A stretch of 64,000 nt of DNA. It comes from Nitrospirota bacterium (GTDB lineage: Bacteria > Nitrospirota > Thermodesulfovibrionia > Thermodesulfovibrionales > JdFR-85). The notes beneath the pieces are model-generated. The model searched no databases, was not told where the DNA came from, and saw only the letters and a program-made list of their open reading frames with translations. Of this stretch, positions 55,169 to 63,951 are shown piece by piece. How positions within the stretch are numbered: position 1 is the first letter of the stretch; every line of letters starts with the position of its first letter. The translations under genes and the position numbers were made by a program. The stretch is taken from NCBI GenBank assembly GCA_015484595.1, contig WFMM01000152.1, forward strand, positions 3,842-67,841, read 5' to 3'.

Positions 55169-56002
55169 CTAAACCTTTTCTACAACATCTCCCTTTTCAT
55201 TAAACCGACAGGCTCTGAGAAATGGGTCATGATAAAACAGGAACCATGCTCCCCTTTCAATCCCTGCCTTTTCGTATTTTTCCTTTAGTTCAATCACCTC
55301 AAGAGGGTAGTTGTCATAAGCCATCACCCAGAGAGGATTGAAGTGCACATGGGTTGGCAGAAGGTCACCAAGATGAATGGCAGTCTGGCCGTTGCTTTCT
55401 ATCCAGACTATCTGGTGTCCCCGGTTGTGCCCTCCGGTGAGCTGAAGCCTGATACCTGGTATAAGCTCGTGGTCGCCATCGATTAACATGAGGTTTCCAC
55501 TTTCTTCAATACCTTCAAAATTAATGCTCCAGAAACTGTGCACCGAGCGTTTATTGGGGTTTTTCACATCTTCCCATTCTCTTTTCTGGATAACATAACG
55601 GGCCTTTGGAAAGGTTGGCTTGAGGTTATTCTGAATTTTTGAGACCAGACCACCGGCATGGTCAAAATCACAGTGGGTAAGGACTACATAATCTATCTCT
55701 TCAGGGCTTATGCCAATCCGACTGAGGTCCTCAGGAAGGAGCCATTCTTCTTTCAGGTTGTATATCCTTTTCTGTTTGTCAGTAAGTTTATTGCCAAGGC
55801 CGGTCTCGATTATAAGCTTTGCCTGAGGTGTAATGAGGAGCATGGGATGGTTAAAAAGCAGGATGTTGTTATCCGTTGATGGTGGATACCTTTTTTCCCA
55901 GAGCACCTTAGGCACAGGGCCAAACATGGTGCCTCCGTCAAGCTCAAATACTCCACCTCTTAACCAGTGTATCTCAACCTCTCCTATCCTGAGAAGTGAC
56001 AT
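55169..56002 (-). CDS. MBL-fold metallo-hydrolase
   Basis: 277 aa. VVLTHCDFDHAGG is a variant of the HxHxDH motif, and downstream His and Asp ligands are present. Confidence 0.75.
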   Translation of the reverse strand: MSLLRIGEVEIHWLRGGVFELDGGTMFGPVPKVLWEKRYPPSTDNNILLFNHPMLLITPQAKLIIETGLGNKLTDKQKRIYNLKEEWLLPEDLSRIGISPEEIDYVVLTHCDFDHAGGLVSKIQNNLKPTFPKARYVIQKREWEDVKNPNKRSVHSFWSINFEGIEESGNLMLIDGDHELIPGIRLQLTGGHNRGHQIVWIESNGQTAIHLGDLLPTHVHFNPLWVMAYDNYPLEVIELKEKYEKAGIERGAWFLFYHDPFLRACRFNEKGDVVEKV

Positions 56003-56010
56003 CCTTAACC

Positions 56011-56235
56011 CTACCTTTTGGTTTTATGACACTTAAAACAGGCAAACTTTGGAGGGTGTTTTTTGCTTAAAGGGTTTTGAGCATCTTTTCCATGACATTC
56101 AAGACAGTCTTTCTCTAATAGGACCTGCCTGTGACTTTTGTCCTGAGGAATGGCAGGCACAGGCCTTCGGGGAAGAAGAAACAAAACCACTATTACTGCA
56201 AGCACAAACAGAACAAAAAGGGCAGTGTTTTTCAT
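56011..56235 (-). CDS. Small membrane-anchored dihaem c-type cytochrome
   Basis: 74 aa with an N-terminal TM (ALFVLFVLAVIVVLFLL) followed by CLECH and CFKCH. Confidence 0.6.
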   Translation of the reverse strand: MKNTALFVLFVLAVIVVLFLLPRRPVPAIPQDKSHRQVLLEKDCLECHGKDAQNPLSKKHPPKFACFKCHKTKR

Positions 56236-56256
56236 TTATATTAGTATAGCACAAAG

Positions 56257-57396
56257 CTAATCCTCAAAGGCATGGCACTTGTAGAGGTCCTTGCCCAAAG
56301 GGTCTCCAAGGAGTTCTGCCCTGAAGCGGCAGCCACCACGGCACTCGTCCAGGAAGGCACATCCCTGGCATTTAAGCCCCTCAAGCCGAACAGGTGGGAT
56401 TCTCTGCCAGCATGTCTTTAGCCCCTCAGATATGTGGCCCACCGGTCTTTCAGCATAGAAGGCACATTTTGCCACAGAGCCATCAGGAAGCACCGAGCAA
56501 AGGTGAAGCCCGCAACCATAACCCTCACCACCACCGTGAAAGCCACCTCCAAAACCATATCTAAGGTATCTGCCTGCTACCTCTGGTGGCAGATAAAGAG
56601 AATGGTTTTCCTTCATTCTACCCCAGGAGCAGGGCACATCAACGGTCCATTCCTTGATGCCGAGGTCTTTAAGAAGTTTCTCCATATCGTCGAACTCATC
56701 AAGGTTTCCAGGATGAACCATGGTTGACACAGACACCGTAAAGCCAGACTCCTTTGCCCTTTTAAGGGCTGCTACGGTGGGTTCAAAGGTGCCCTGTCCT
56801 CGAAGGCTTTCGTGGCCTTTTTTCATCCCATCAAGGCTTATCTGGATCTCCTCTACATTGAGGCTTTCAAGCCTCTTTGGCGTAAGCAAAAGGCCATTTG
56901 TAAGTAGAACCTTTCTTAAGGGATAGTGCTTAAGAAAATCGTTCATTCTGTCAAACTCCCGATGCATAAGTGGTTCACCACCTGAGATGAGCACCCTGAG
57001 CCCCTGCATCTCTTCAAACTCCTCAAGCACCTTAAGGATCTGCTCAAAAGAAAGCTCCATTGCCTCTGGCTCACCCACATAGCAGTGACGGCAGCGGAGG
57101 TTGCATCGGTCGGTTATCAGAAGTTCAAGGTATCTTAGAGAAGGCTCAGGGCTTGCCTTGATGTGATGCCTGAGGGTCCTTGCAGGTTCGGTAACCAGTA
57201 TTCCTTCTTCGAGACAGTATTCAAGGAAATCCCTTTCATCGGTGTAACAACCCTGGGATTCGTAGCAGTTTTTTAGAAACTCAAAGGCCCTCTCATCAAG
57301 TTCGTAGAGTTCATCGGTTTTTATATTGTAAACCGAGGGGTGTTCCAGAAGACGCAGGATTACATGGGGGCCAAAATAGTATCTCTCAGTCTGAAT
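56257..57396 (-). CDS. Radical SAM/SPASM enzyme with a PqqD/RRE-like N-terminal domain; start codon unresolved (ATT proposed)
   Basis: The track ORF (56257-57078) starts at a GTG immediately after the CX3CX2C motif. My upstream translation reads ...SLRYLELLITDRCNLRCRHCYVGEPE. The frame is open up to the TGA at 57426-57424. The SPASM motif CQGCAFLDECRGGC is present at the C-terminus. Confidence 0.7.
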   Translation of the reverse strand: MQTERYYFGPHVILRLLEHPSVYNIKTDELYELDERAFEFLKNCYESQGCYTDERDFLEYCLEEGILVTEPARTLRHHIKASPEPSLRYLELLITDRCNLRCRHCYVGEPEAMELSFEQILKVLEEFEEMQGLRVLISGGEPLMHREFDRMNDFLKHYPLRKVLLTNGLLLTPKRLESLNVEEIQISLDGMKKGHESLRGQGTFEPTVAALKRAKESGFTVSVSTMVHPGNLDEFDDMEKLLKDLGIKEWTVDVPCSWGRMKENHSLYLPPEVAGRYLRYGFGGGFHGGGEGYGCGLHLCSVLPDGSVAKCAFYAERPVGHISEGLKTCWQRIPPVRLEGLKCQGCAFLDECRGGCRFRAELLGDPLGKDLYKCHAFED

Positions 57397-58387
57397 AGTA
57401 AAACTCCTCCTTTGGTGTTCGGGTCATCAGTTCCCTGACAGCCTCTAAGGGGGCCTTACCGTGATGAAGCACCAGATAGACCTGCTCTACAATGGGCATC
57501 TCCACGGACATCTTTTTAGACAGTTCATAGGCAGAGACCGATGTCTCCACACCTTCAGCCACAGCGGTCATGCCAGAGAGAATCTCATCAAGGGTCATGC
57601 CTTTGCCGAGTTTTACCCCAACAGTGTAGTTTCTTGAGAGTGCACCTGTGCAGGTTAAAACCAGATCTCCTATACCGCTTAAGCCAGAGAAGGTCTTCTC
57701 CTCAGCCCCCATCTTTACACCAAGCCTTGTTATCTCGGCAAGCCCTCTTGTGATAAGGGCTGCCCTTGCATTAAGGCCAAGACCAAGGCCATCAGAGATA
57801 CCCGAGGCAATGGCTATTACATTCTTTAATGCACCACCAAGCTCAACACCAAGCACGTCATGATGAGTGTAAACCCGGAAGTAATCGGTATTGAAGATCT
57901 CCTGAAGCAGGAGTCCAAGAAAACGGTCCTTCACAGCAAGTGTCAAAGCGGTGGGGAGTTTCCTTATTACCTCTCTGGCAAAGCTTGGACCTGATAGCAC
58001 TGCCACAGGGTGATGGGTAATCTCTGAAAGCACTCCTGAGACAGTAAGCAGGGTCCCCTTTTCTATACCCTTTGAGGCACTTATAATTACGGCATCCTCT
58101 TCCAGGTATTTTGTTGCCTCTTTGAAAACAGAACGGACATACTGGGTGGGCACAACGCAGAGGACATATCGGGTTCTGTAAAGGGCCTCTTCAAAGCTAT
58201 AGGTGACCTTTATGTTATCAGGAAGTTCAACATCGGGAAGATAAACCCTGTTGAGGCGTGTCTGATGCATCTCTTCGGCAAGCTCTTTTTCATGAACCCA
58301 GAGGGAGACATCATAGCCCTTTTCAGCAAGCAGCACCGCAAGTGCCGTGCCCCAGCTTCCAGCACCTATGACAGCAATATAACTCAT
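57386..58387 (-). CDS. gpsA: NAD(P)H-dependent glycerol-3-phosphate dehydrogenase
   Basis: 333 aa with an N-terminal GAGSWGTALA motif and the typical GpsA core (GALKNVIAIA). Confidence 0.93.
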   Translation of the reverse strand: MSYIAVIGAGSWGTALAVLLAEKGYDVSLWVHEKELAEEMHQTRLNRVYLPDVELPDNIKVTYSFEEALYRTRYVLCVVPTQYVRSVFKEATKYLEEDAVIISASKGIEKGTLLTVSGVLSEITHHPVAVLSGPSFAREVIRKLPTALTLAVKDRFLGLLLQEIFNTDYFRVYTHHDVLGVELGGALKNVIAIASGISDGLGLGLNARAALITRGLAEITRLGVKMGAEEKTFSGLSGIGDLVLTCTGALSRNYTVGVKLGKGMTLDEILSGMTAVAEGVETSVSAYELSKKMSVEMPIVEQVYLVLHHGKAPLEAVRELMTRTPKEEFYYSD

Positions 58388-58388
58388 C

Positions 58389-58607
58389 TCATGCAGTTAT
58401 TTCTTTGAGTTCTACGGGGAGTTTTTCAATGATTAGTTTTTTCAAGGACAATTTCTTGCTTGCATTATCTATATCTATTCCAACAATATTACCATTTTCG
58501 TCGTAATCAATAACTATGCCTTCTGCAACATCTTCGCTGATCACACTGTTTTTTTCAGATAAATCAATATATAACGAATCAGTTTCAGGATAGTATTTCA
58601 GTCTCAT
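58389..58607 (-). CDS. DUF2283-domain protein
   Basis: 72 aa with the family pattern YYPETDSLYIDLSE...IVIDYDENGNIVGIDI. Confidence 0.7.
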   Translation of the reverse strand: MRLKYYPETDSLYIDLSEKNSVISEDVAEGIVIDYDENGNIVGIDIDNASKKLSLKKLIIEKLPVELKEITA

Positions 58608-58810
58608 TTTTTTCTTACTGCTTCTCCACCTCTGTTGAGTTTTAATAATTCTAAAGCACCACTCTTTTTAATTACAATGACCCTTGCCGAAAGCCCCGAC
58701 ACCTCTATCCCAAAAGTCGGGGATGAAGGCAAGAATAATAATAAAAAATTTTTCATTATCCTTGCATTGGAAGCCCCGACCTCTGGTCGGAGAGCTTCAC
58801 TTTAATAATA

Positions 58811-59134
58811 TCACACTGATGAGATTATTTTACCCTTATTTTTAATCTCCCAGACTAAAGGATCATTATCATTAAAATCTTCAGGTCTGAAAGGAACCGG
58901 TTCTATTCTTTTGTCAATCTTTGAGGCTATCTTCATCAGTCTGAGCCTTTCCTTGTATCTATTTTCAGTAAAGTCAGGAGAAACTACAGCAATGTCTATA
59001 TCACTAAATTCATCTGACTCTTTTGATGCATAAGAGCCATACAGGTAAACTTTATTTATTTTTATGCCTTCCTTCTTAAGATAATCTATAAACTTTTTAA
59101 TTACAATTATAGTTTTATCTTTCCTTTCAGCCAT
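58811..59134 (-). CDS. Minimal nucleotidyltransferase (MNT), HEPN/MNT module
   Basis: 107 aa with the pol-beta NTase motif YGSYASKESDEFSDIDIAV. Confidence 0.8.
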   Translation of the reverse strand: MAERKDKTIIVIKKFIDYLKKEGIKINKVYLYGSYASKESDEFSDIDIAVVSPDFTENRYKERLRLMKIASKIDKRIEPVPFRPEDFNDNDPLVWEIKNKGKIISSV

Positions 59135-59499
59135 TGGTATATCCTTTTTATATCATTTAGTTTTTCTTCAGTAAAATTTTTTGTGCAAATCTTTCTAAAA
59201 GTTCTTTTTAAATCTGGATATCTTGCTTCAATATTAAAGGATGTTATCTCTATCATTTTATCAGATAGTTCAGTTGAGAGTTCAATTTTTGCAAGTTCAG
59301 CAAGCCTTGTTAAGTTATGTATAGGTGGTGCATGTTTTTTGTTTTCTAACACATAAAGTGCCTTAAGGAGTTTTTCAATACACAGGTGTCCGAAAAATAA
59401 TGAATAAGAATAGTCACCTTTTTCATAAAGATGCTCGGCAACCTTGAGTGCATCTTCTGACTCATTTAACCAGTATTTAACAATTTCTTCTGTATTCAT
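59107..59499 (-). CDS. HEPN-domain protein (toxin partner of the MNT)
   Basis: 130 aa. It is a helical HEPN pattern ending ...FNIEARYPD and overlaps the MNT gene by 28 nt. Confidence 0.8.
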   Translation of the reverse strand: MNTEEIVKYWLNESEDALKVAEHLYEKGDYSYSLFFGHLCIEKLLKALYVLENKKHAPPIHNLTRLAELAKIELSTELSDKMIEITSFNIEARYPDLKRTFRKICTKNFTEEKLNDIKRIYQWLKGKIKL

Positions 59500-59501
59500 T
59501 A

Positions 59502-61178
59502 TTAAGAAATCTTAGATTTTATCTTCTTCCATGTATCCCTGAGGGTTACGGTGCGGTTGAAGACTAATTTTTCCTCCGAGGAGTCAAGGTCAACTGCGAA
59601 ATACCCAAGCCTTAAAAACTGAAACCTCTCACCAGGGCGGGCGTTTTTAAGGGATGGTTCAGCCTTACAGTTCGTAAGTATCTTAAGGGAATCGGGATTA
59701 AGACAGTCTATAAAATCAGGGCATTCCTTTTTGTCATCAGGGTTTGGCACCCTGAAAAGCCTGTCATAAAGCCTTACCTCTACATCCATGGCATGTCGGG
59801 CAGATACCCAGTGAAGGGTTGCCTTTACCTTTTTCTGCTGGTTTGAGCCACTTTTTGATTCAGGGTCATAAGTGCAGTAAAGAGTGGTAATACGGCCTGT
59901 CTCAGGGTCTTTTTCATAGTCTTCACACTTTATTATGTAGGCATGTTTTAGCCTTACCTCACGACCAGGTGCGAGTCGATAGAATTTTTTAGGCGGCTCT
60001 TCCATAAAGTCGTCTGCCTCGATATAAAGCTCTCTTGAAAAGGGCACCTCCCGTGTTCCTGCAGTCGGGTCTTCAGGATTGTTAATGGCCTCTACATACT
60101 CAACTCTGTCTTCTGGATAGTTGGTGATAATCACCCTTATTGGGTTCAGAACCACCATTACCCTTGGGCATCGTTTGTTAAGGTCATCTCTGAGGCAGTG
60201 TTCAAGGAGTTCAAAATCCACGATGCTGTTTGCCTTGGCCACACCTATGCGGTCACAGAAGTCCCTTATAGCCTCCGGTGTATAACCCCTTCTACGCATC
60301 CCTGCTATGGTTGGCATCCGGGGGTCATCCCAGCCAGAGACATGACCTTCTTCAACCAGACGGGTGAGTTTTCTCTTGCTAAGCACTGTATAGCTCAGGT
60401 TAAGTCTTGCAAACTCTATCTGCTGAGGATGATAAAGCTCAAGCTGGTCAAGAAACCAGTCGTAAAGAGGACGATGGTCCTCAAACTCAAGGGTGCATAG
60501 CGAGTGCGTAATTCCTTCAAAGGAATCTGAAAGGGGATGAGCAAAGTCATAGGTAGGGTATATGCACCATCGGTCACCAGTTCGATGGTGTGGTTTTTTG
60601 ATAATGCGATAAATTACAGGGTCGCGCATGTTTATATTGCCCGAGGCCATATCTATTTTTGCACGAAGAACCTTCTGCCCTTCATCAAACTCACCTTTAC
60701 GCATCCTTTCAAATAGATCCAGATTTTCCTCTACCGAACGGTTACGGTATGGGCTTTCCTTACCAGGTTCAGTAAGGGTGCCACGGTATTTGCGTATCTC
60801 TTCGGCAGAGAGGTCGTCCACATAGGCCTTTCCCTTTTTTATCAACTCCACAGCGCATTCGTACAGTCGTTCAAAGTAGTCAGAGGCATAGTAAAGGCGG
60901 TCTTCCCAATCAAAGCCAAGCCAGCGAACATCCTCTATTATGGCACGAACATATTCCTCTTCTTCCTTTTCAGGATTTGTATCATCAAATCTGAGATTGC
61001 ATAGTCCACCGTATTTCTCAGCAATACCAAAGTTCAGACAGATAGACTTGGCATGCCCGATGTGAAGATAGCCATTGGGTTCTGGAGGGAAACGGGTATG
61101 AACCCTGCCACCGTATTTGCCGGTTTCAAGGTCTTCTTCGATTATTTTTTCTATAAAGTTTTTTGTTTCCTTTTCCAT
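59502..61178 (-). CDS. glnS: Glutamine--tRNA ligase
   Basis: 558 aa containing [17 protein letters not shown] (the HIGH motif) and VLSKRK, with a GlnRS-type C-terminal anticodon-binding barrel. Confidence 0.95.
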   Translation of the reverse strand: MEKETKNFIEKIIEEDLETGKYGGRVHTRFPPEPNGYLHIGHAKSICLNFGIAEKYGGLCNLRFDDTNPEKEEEEYVRAIIEDVRWLGFDWEDRLYYASDYFERLYECAVELIKKGKAYVDDLSAEEIRKYRGTLTEPGKESPYRNRSVEENLDLFERMRKGEFDEGQKVLRAKIDMASGNINMRDPVIYRIIKKPHHRTGDRWCIYPTYDFAHPLSDSFEGITHSLCTLEFEDHRPLYDWFLDQLELYHPQQIEFARLNLSYTVLSKRKLTRLVEEGHVSGWDDPRMPTIAGMRRRGYTPEAIRDFCDRIGVAKANSIVDFELLEHCLRDDLNKRCPRVMVVLNPIRVIITNYPEDRVEYVEAINNPEDPTAGTREVPFSRELYIEADDFMEEPPKKFYRLAPGREVRLKHAYIIKCEDYEKDPETGRITTLYCTYDPESKSGSNQQKKVKATLHWVSARHAMDVEVRLYDRLFRVPNPDDKKECPDFIDCLNPDSLKILTNCKAEPSLKNARPGERFQFLRLGYFAVDLDSSEEKLVFNRTVTLRDTWKKIKSKIS

Positions 61179-61195
61179 AGTTTTTAATATTAAAC

Positions 61196-61222
61196 CACAG
61201 AGAGCACAGAGTTCACAGAGAG
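61196..61222. repeat. 9-bp CACAGAG tandem array (left arm)
   Basis: The array reads cacagagag|cacagagtt|cacagagag. Confidence 0.85.
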
Positions 61223-61310
61223 AAATTTTTATAGTTTACATTTTAGTTTTAAATTATTAATCTTTTAATTCCATCTTTAAGCATTTTTACATTGAAGTTT
61301 ATAATCAGTC

Positions 61311-61646
61311 CTATTTTTTATTCATTGCTTTTAAATATGTTATAAGTTGAGCTTCGTGTATCCTCTGTATTGATTCTATAGCCTTTAATTCTAATACTAC
61401 TTCATTTTCTACCAGAAAATCTATTCTATGATTGCCTATTTTTTTCCCTTTATAAAACAGGCTTATCTCTTTTTGTCTTTCAAAAATAATTCCTCTTATT
61501 GAAAATTCATGTGATAATGCATCTTCATAAACTTTTTCAAGTAAACCTGGGCCTAAAATAGCATGAACCTCAATTGCAGAAGAAATTATCTTATCGGTTA
61601 TTTCTTTTAAAGGATATTTGTCATTTCCTTTTAAATTAGACTCCAT
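61311..61646 (-). CDS. GxxExxY protein (PD-(D/E)XK nuclease-fold family)
   Basis: The start is taken at MESNLKG. GLLEKVY is the GxxExxY motif, and RIDFLV...VLELKA is the D...ExK motif. The track's 34-aa N-terminal extension reads through the repeat and into gltX. Confidence 0.8.
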   Translation of the reverse strand: MESNLKGNDKYPLKEITDKIISSAIEVHAILGPGLLEKVYEDALSHEFSIRGIIFERQKEISLFYKGKKIGNHRIDFLVENEVVLELKAIESIQRIHEAQLITYLKAMNKK

Positions 61647-61650
61647 AAAA

Positions 61651-61677
61651 CTCTGTGCTCTCTGTGTCCTCTGTGGT
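61651..61677. repeat. 9-bp CTCTGTG tandem array (right arm, inverted)
   Basis: The array reads ctctgtgct|ctctgtgtc|ctctgtggt and abuts the gltX stop codon. Confidence 0.85.
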
Positions 61678-63096
61678 TTAGTTGTTTTGTGCAATCTTAA
61701 TCGCCCTCTGAAGTCTTCTAAGGGTTTTATCTTTCCCAATGATCTCAATTACCTCAAAGATACCCGGGCTTGCGGTGCCGCCGGTTAAGGCTACACGCAC
61801 AGGCTGGGCAACATGGCGGAGTTTGGTCTGGTGTTTTTCAACAACATTCTTAAAGAGTTTCTCAAGGGCCTCTTCAGAAAACCCTTCCATATTTTCGATA
61901 CCCTCTTTGACCTCCTTCAGGTAGGGCAGGTACTTTTCCGTCAGAAACTTATTACTGGCCTTTTCATCAAACTCTACATCCTCGGTAAAATAGTAACGCA
62001 TGCTTCGGGCAAACTCCTGAAGGGTTTTGGCCCTCTGTTTGTAAGACTCCACTGCCTTAGTGAGCCAGGCTCTCTCAGGCATTTTCTCATCACTGATTAA
62101 TCCTTCTTTTTTCAGGAAAGGAATCACAAGGTCAACCAACTTTTCTGTTGGTGTCTGCATGATGTACTGGGAAGTAAGCCACAGAAGTTTTTCAGGGTTA
62201 AAAACTGCAGCTGTTTTAGCCACACCCTCAAGTGAGAACTTCTCTATCAGTTCTTCCTTTGAAAATATCTCCTGATCACCATAAGACCAGCCAAGTCTCA
62301 CAAGATAGTTAACCATTGCCTCGGGTAGATAGCCCATCTCCCTGTATGCCTGCACACTTGTGGCACCATGGCGCTTGCTTAAACGGGTCTTATCAGGGCC
62401 AAGGATCATGGGTATATGTGCGAATTTTGGTATTTGAAAGTCCAGTGCCCTGTATATCTGGATCTGCTTTGGTGTGTTGTTAAGGTGGTCGTCACCTCGT
62501 ATTACATGGGTAATACCCATCTCCACATCATCAACAACCACAACAAAATTGTAGGTTGGAGTGCCATCTGAACGCATTATGATAAGGTCATCAAGCTGGT
62601 CGTTTGGATAGGAGACATTTCCTTTTATAAGATCCTGAATAATTGTTACCCCTGCATCTGGCATCTTGAACCTTACAACAGGTTTTCTATCTGATGGTGG
62701 GTTTTTCAGATCAAGACAGCGACGGTCATATTTGATAATCCCCTTTCCTTCTTTCATTGCCTGCTGACGACGCTCTTCGAGTTCCTCTGGTGTGCAGTAG
62801 CAATAGTATGCCTTCCCTTCGTCAAGAAGCCTCTGCACATAACGCTGATATATCTCCATTCGGTCGGTCTGACGATAGGGGCCTTCATCCCAGTCGAGTC
62901 CAAGCCATTTCATTCCATCAATGATTGCCTCAATATACTCTTCTGTAGACCGGCTGCGGTCTGTGTCTTCTATTCGTAGAATGAATGTCCCTTTGTGCTT
63001 ACGGGCAAAGAGCCAGTTAAAAAGGGCTGTTCTTGCTCCTCCAATATGAAGATAACCTGTTGGGCTTGGTGCAAACCTTACTCTAATCTCAGACAC
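61678..63096 (-). CDS. gltX: Glutamate--tRNA ligase
   Basis: 472 aa containing [18 protein letters not shown] (HIGH-type) and the KLSKR motif. Confidence 0.95.
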   Translation of the reverse strand: MSEIRVRFAPSPTGYLHIGGARTALFNWLFARKHKGTFILRIEDTDRSRSTEEYIEAIIDGMKWLGLDWDEGPYRQTDRMEIYQRYVQRLLDEGKAYYCYCTPEELEERRQQAMKEGKGIIKYDRRCLDLKNPPSDRKPVVRFKMPDAGVTIIQDLIKGNVSYPNDQLDDLIIMRSDGTPTYNFVVVVDDVEMGITHVIRGDDHLNNTPKQIQIYRALDFQIPKFAHIPMILGPDKTRLSKRHGATSVQAYREMGYLPEAMVNYLVRLGWSYGDQEIFSKEELIEKFSLEGVAKTAAVFNPEKLLWLTSQYIMQTPTEKLVDLVIPFLKKEGLISDEKMPERAWLTKAVESYKQRAKTLQEFARSMRYYFTEDVEFDEKASNKFLTEKYLPYLKEVKEGIENMEGFSEEALEKLFKNVVEKHQTKLRHVAQPVRVALTGGTASPGIFEVIEIIGKDKTLRRLQRAIKIAQNN

Positions 63097-63126
63097 TTTA
63101 TCAAACTCCTTTCCGTGCTATAGAAA

Positions 63127-63951
63127 TTATAGATATTCTTTCAGTTGGTTAAATCTATTAATTTTGTATGTGCCACTGCTATCAAAAGGAGATTGGTTAT
63201 AAATTCGTAATAGTTTTTTATTATTAGATATTTTAGATTTAAGCCTGCCACTGTTTTCAATTAATTTTAGTTCGCTAAATAAAAACCATTTTTTAAGCAA
63301 TCCAATATATTCCTTTGTTTCTCTTTTAGAAGTGTCATTTAAGAATTTATAGTTATTATAAAAATCAGGAGTAGCTATTGTGTTAATTATAGATAGGATG
63401 ATTTCCATTGTATTAGGATAGCCAGATAAAAAGTTCCATAACTCTGATGCCAAAAGAATCTCATCAGGGGCAAAATACTTCTCAATATTAATTATTGATT
63501 TCATAAAATTCTTTTTATTGTATCCAGTAGGAGTATCATTCGTTGGGTCAAAAGGAAATCCAAGATAGAAAAAGATATTTTTATCAGGATATTTGCATTT
63601 TAGAGCTGCTTTACCTTCAAGAATTTTGTGTTTTTCCCCCCTCATTTCTCCTGAGTTTGGTTTAACGGTTTTAAGCTCAATTGCAATTATTTTATCAGTT
63701 TCTTCGTAAAAAACATCTGCTGAAAAATCAATAGCATTTATAAATTCTCCTTTTGAACAATTAAAGATTTCATGGTTTTCTTTTTGGAGATTCGGTTTCC
63801 TTTTGCTATTACTTAAGTCTGTGACTATATTGTTAATATTTTCTTTTTGTTCTCTGGTAATTCGCAGATTCCCAAGTTTTTTTGATGTATATTCTCTCTT
63901 TTCGCCACCTGATAAAATATGTGAAATTTTTTCAAAAAAGGATTGTCCCAA
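63127..63951 (-). CDS. Putative PD-(D/E)XK restriction-endonuclease-like protein; the 5' end may lie beyond the window
   Basis: The segment AIDFSADVFYEETDKIIAIELKTVKPN gives a D-X16-E-L-K pattern. The gene is markedly AT-rich. The track start is a TTG without an SD, and the frame stays open to position 64000. Confidence 0.35.
   Translation of the reverse strand: MGQSFFEKISHILSGGEKREYTSKKLGNLRITREQKENINNIVTDLSNSKRKPNLQKENHEIFNCSKGEFINAIDFSADVFYEETDKIIAIELKTVKPNSGEMRGEKHKILEGKAALKCKYPDKNIFFYLGFPFDPTNDTPTGYNKKNFMKSIINIEKYFAPDEILLASELWNFLSGYPNTMEIILSIINTIATPDFYNNYKFLNDTSKRETKEYIGLLKKWFLFSELKLIENSGRLKSKISNNKKLLRIYNQSPFDSSGTYKINRFNQLKEYL

Larger units (their letters stand above)
61191..61680. mobile_element. 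TIR-bounded mini-cassette carrying the GxxExxY gene
   Basis: The termini are TAAACCACAGAG (61191-61202) and its perfect reverse complement CTCTGTGGTTTA (61669-61680). Each terminus extends into three 9-bp CACAGAG units (about 25/29 identity). Confidence 0.45.

Noticed and set aside
56257-57078. The track's 273-aa version of the radical SAM protein
   Set aside because: Its GTG start falls immediately after the CX3CX2C cluster and would remove the radical SAM site. The frame is open a further 115 codons upstream.
58681-58798. Possible mini-CRISPR (two related, roughly 27-nt GC-rich repeats about 79 bp apart)
   Set aside because: There are only two degenerate copies, and each forms its own long hairpin with flanking sequence. 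The spacing is atypical, and there are no cas genes or leader.
61647-61748. 34-aa upstream extension of the GxxExxY ORF
   Set aside because: It reads through the CTCTGTG repeat and into the gltX coding region. The family-typical protein begins at MESNLKG.
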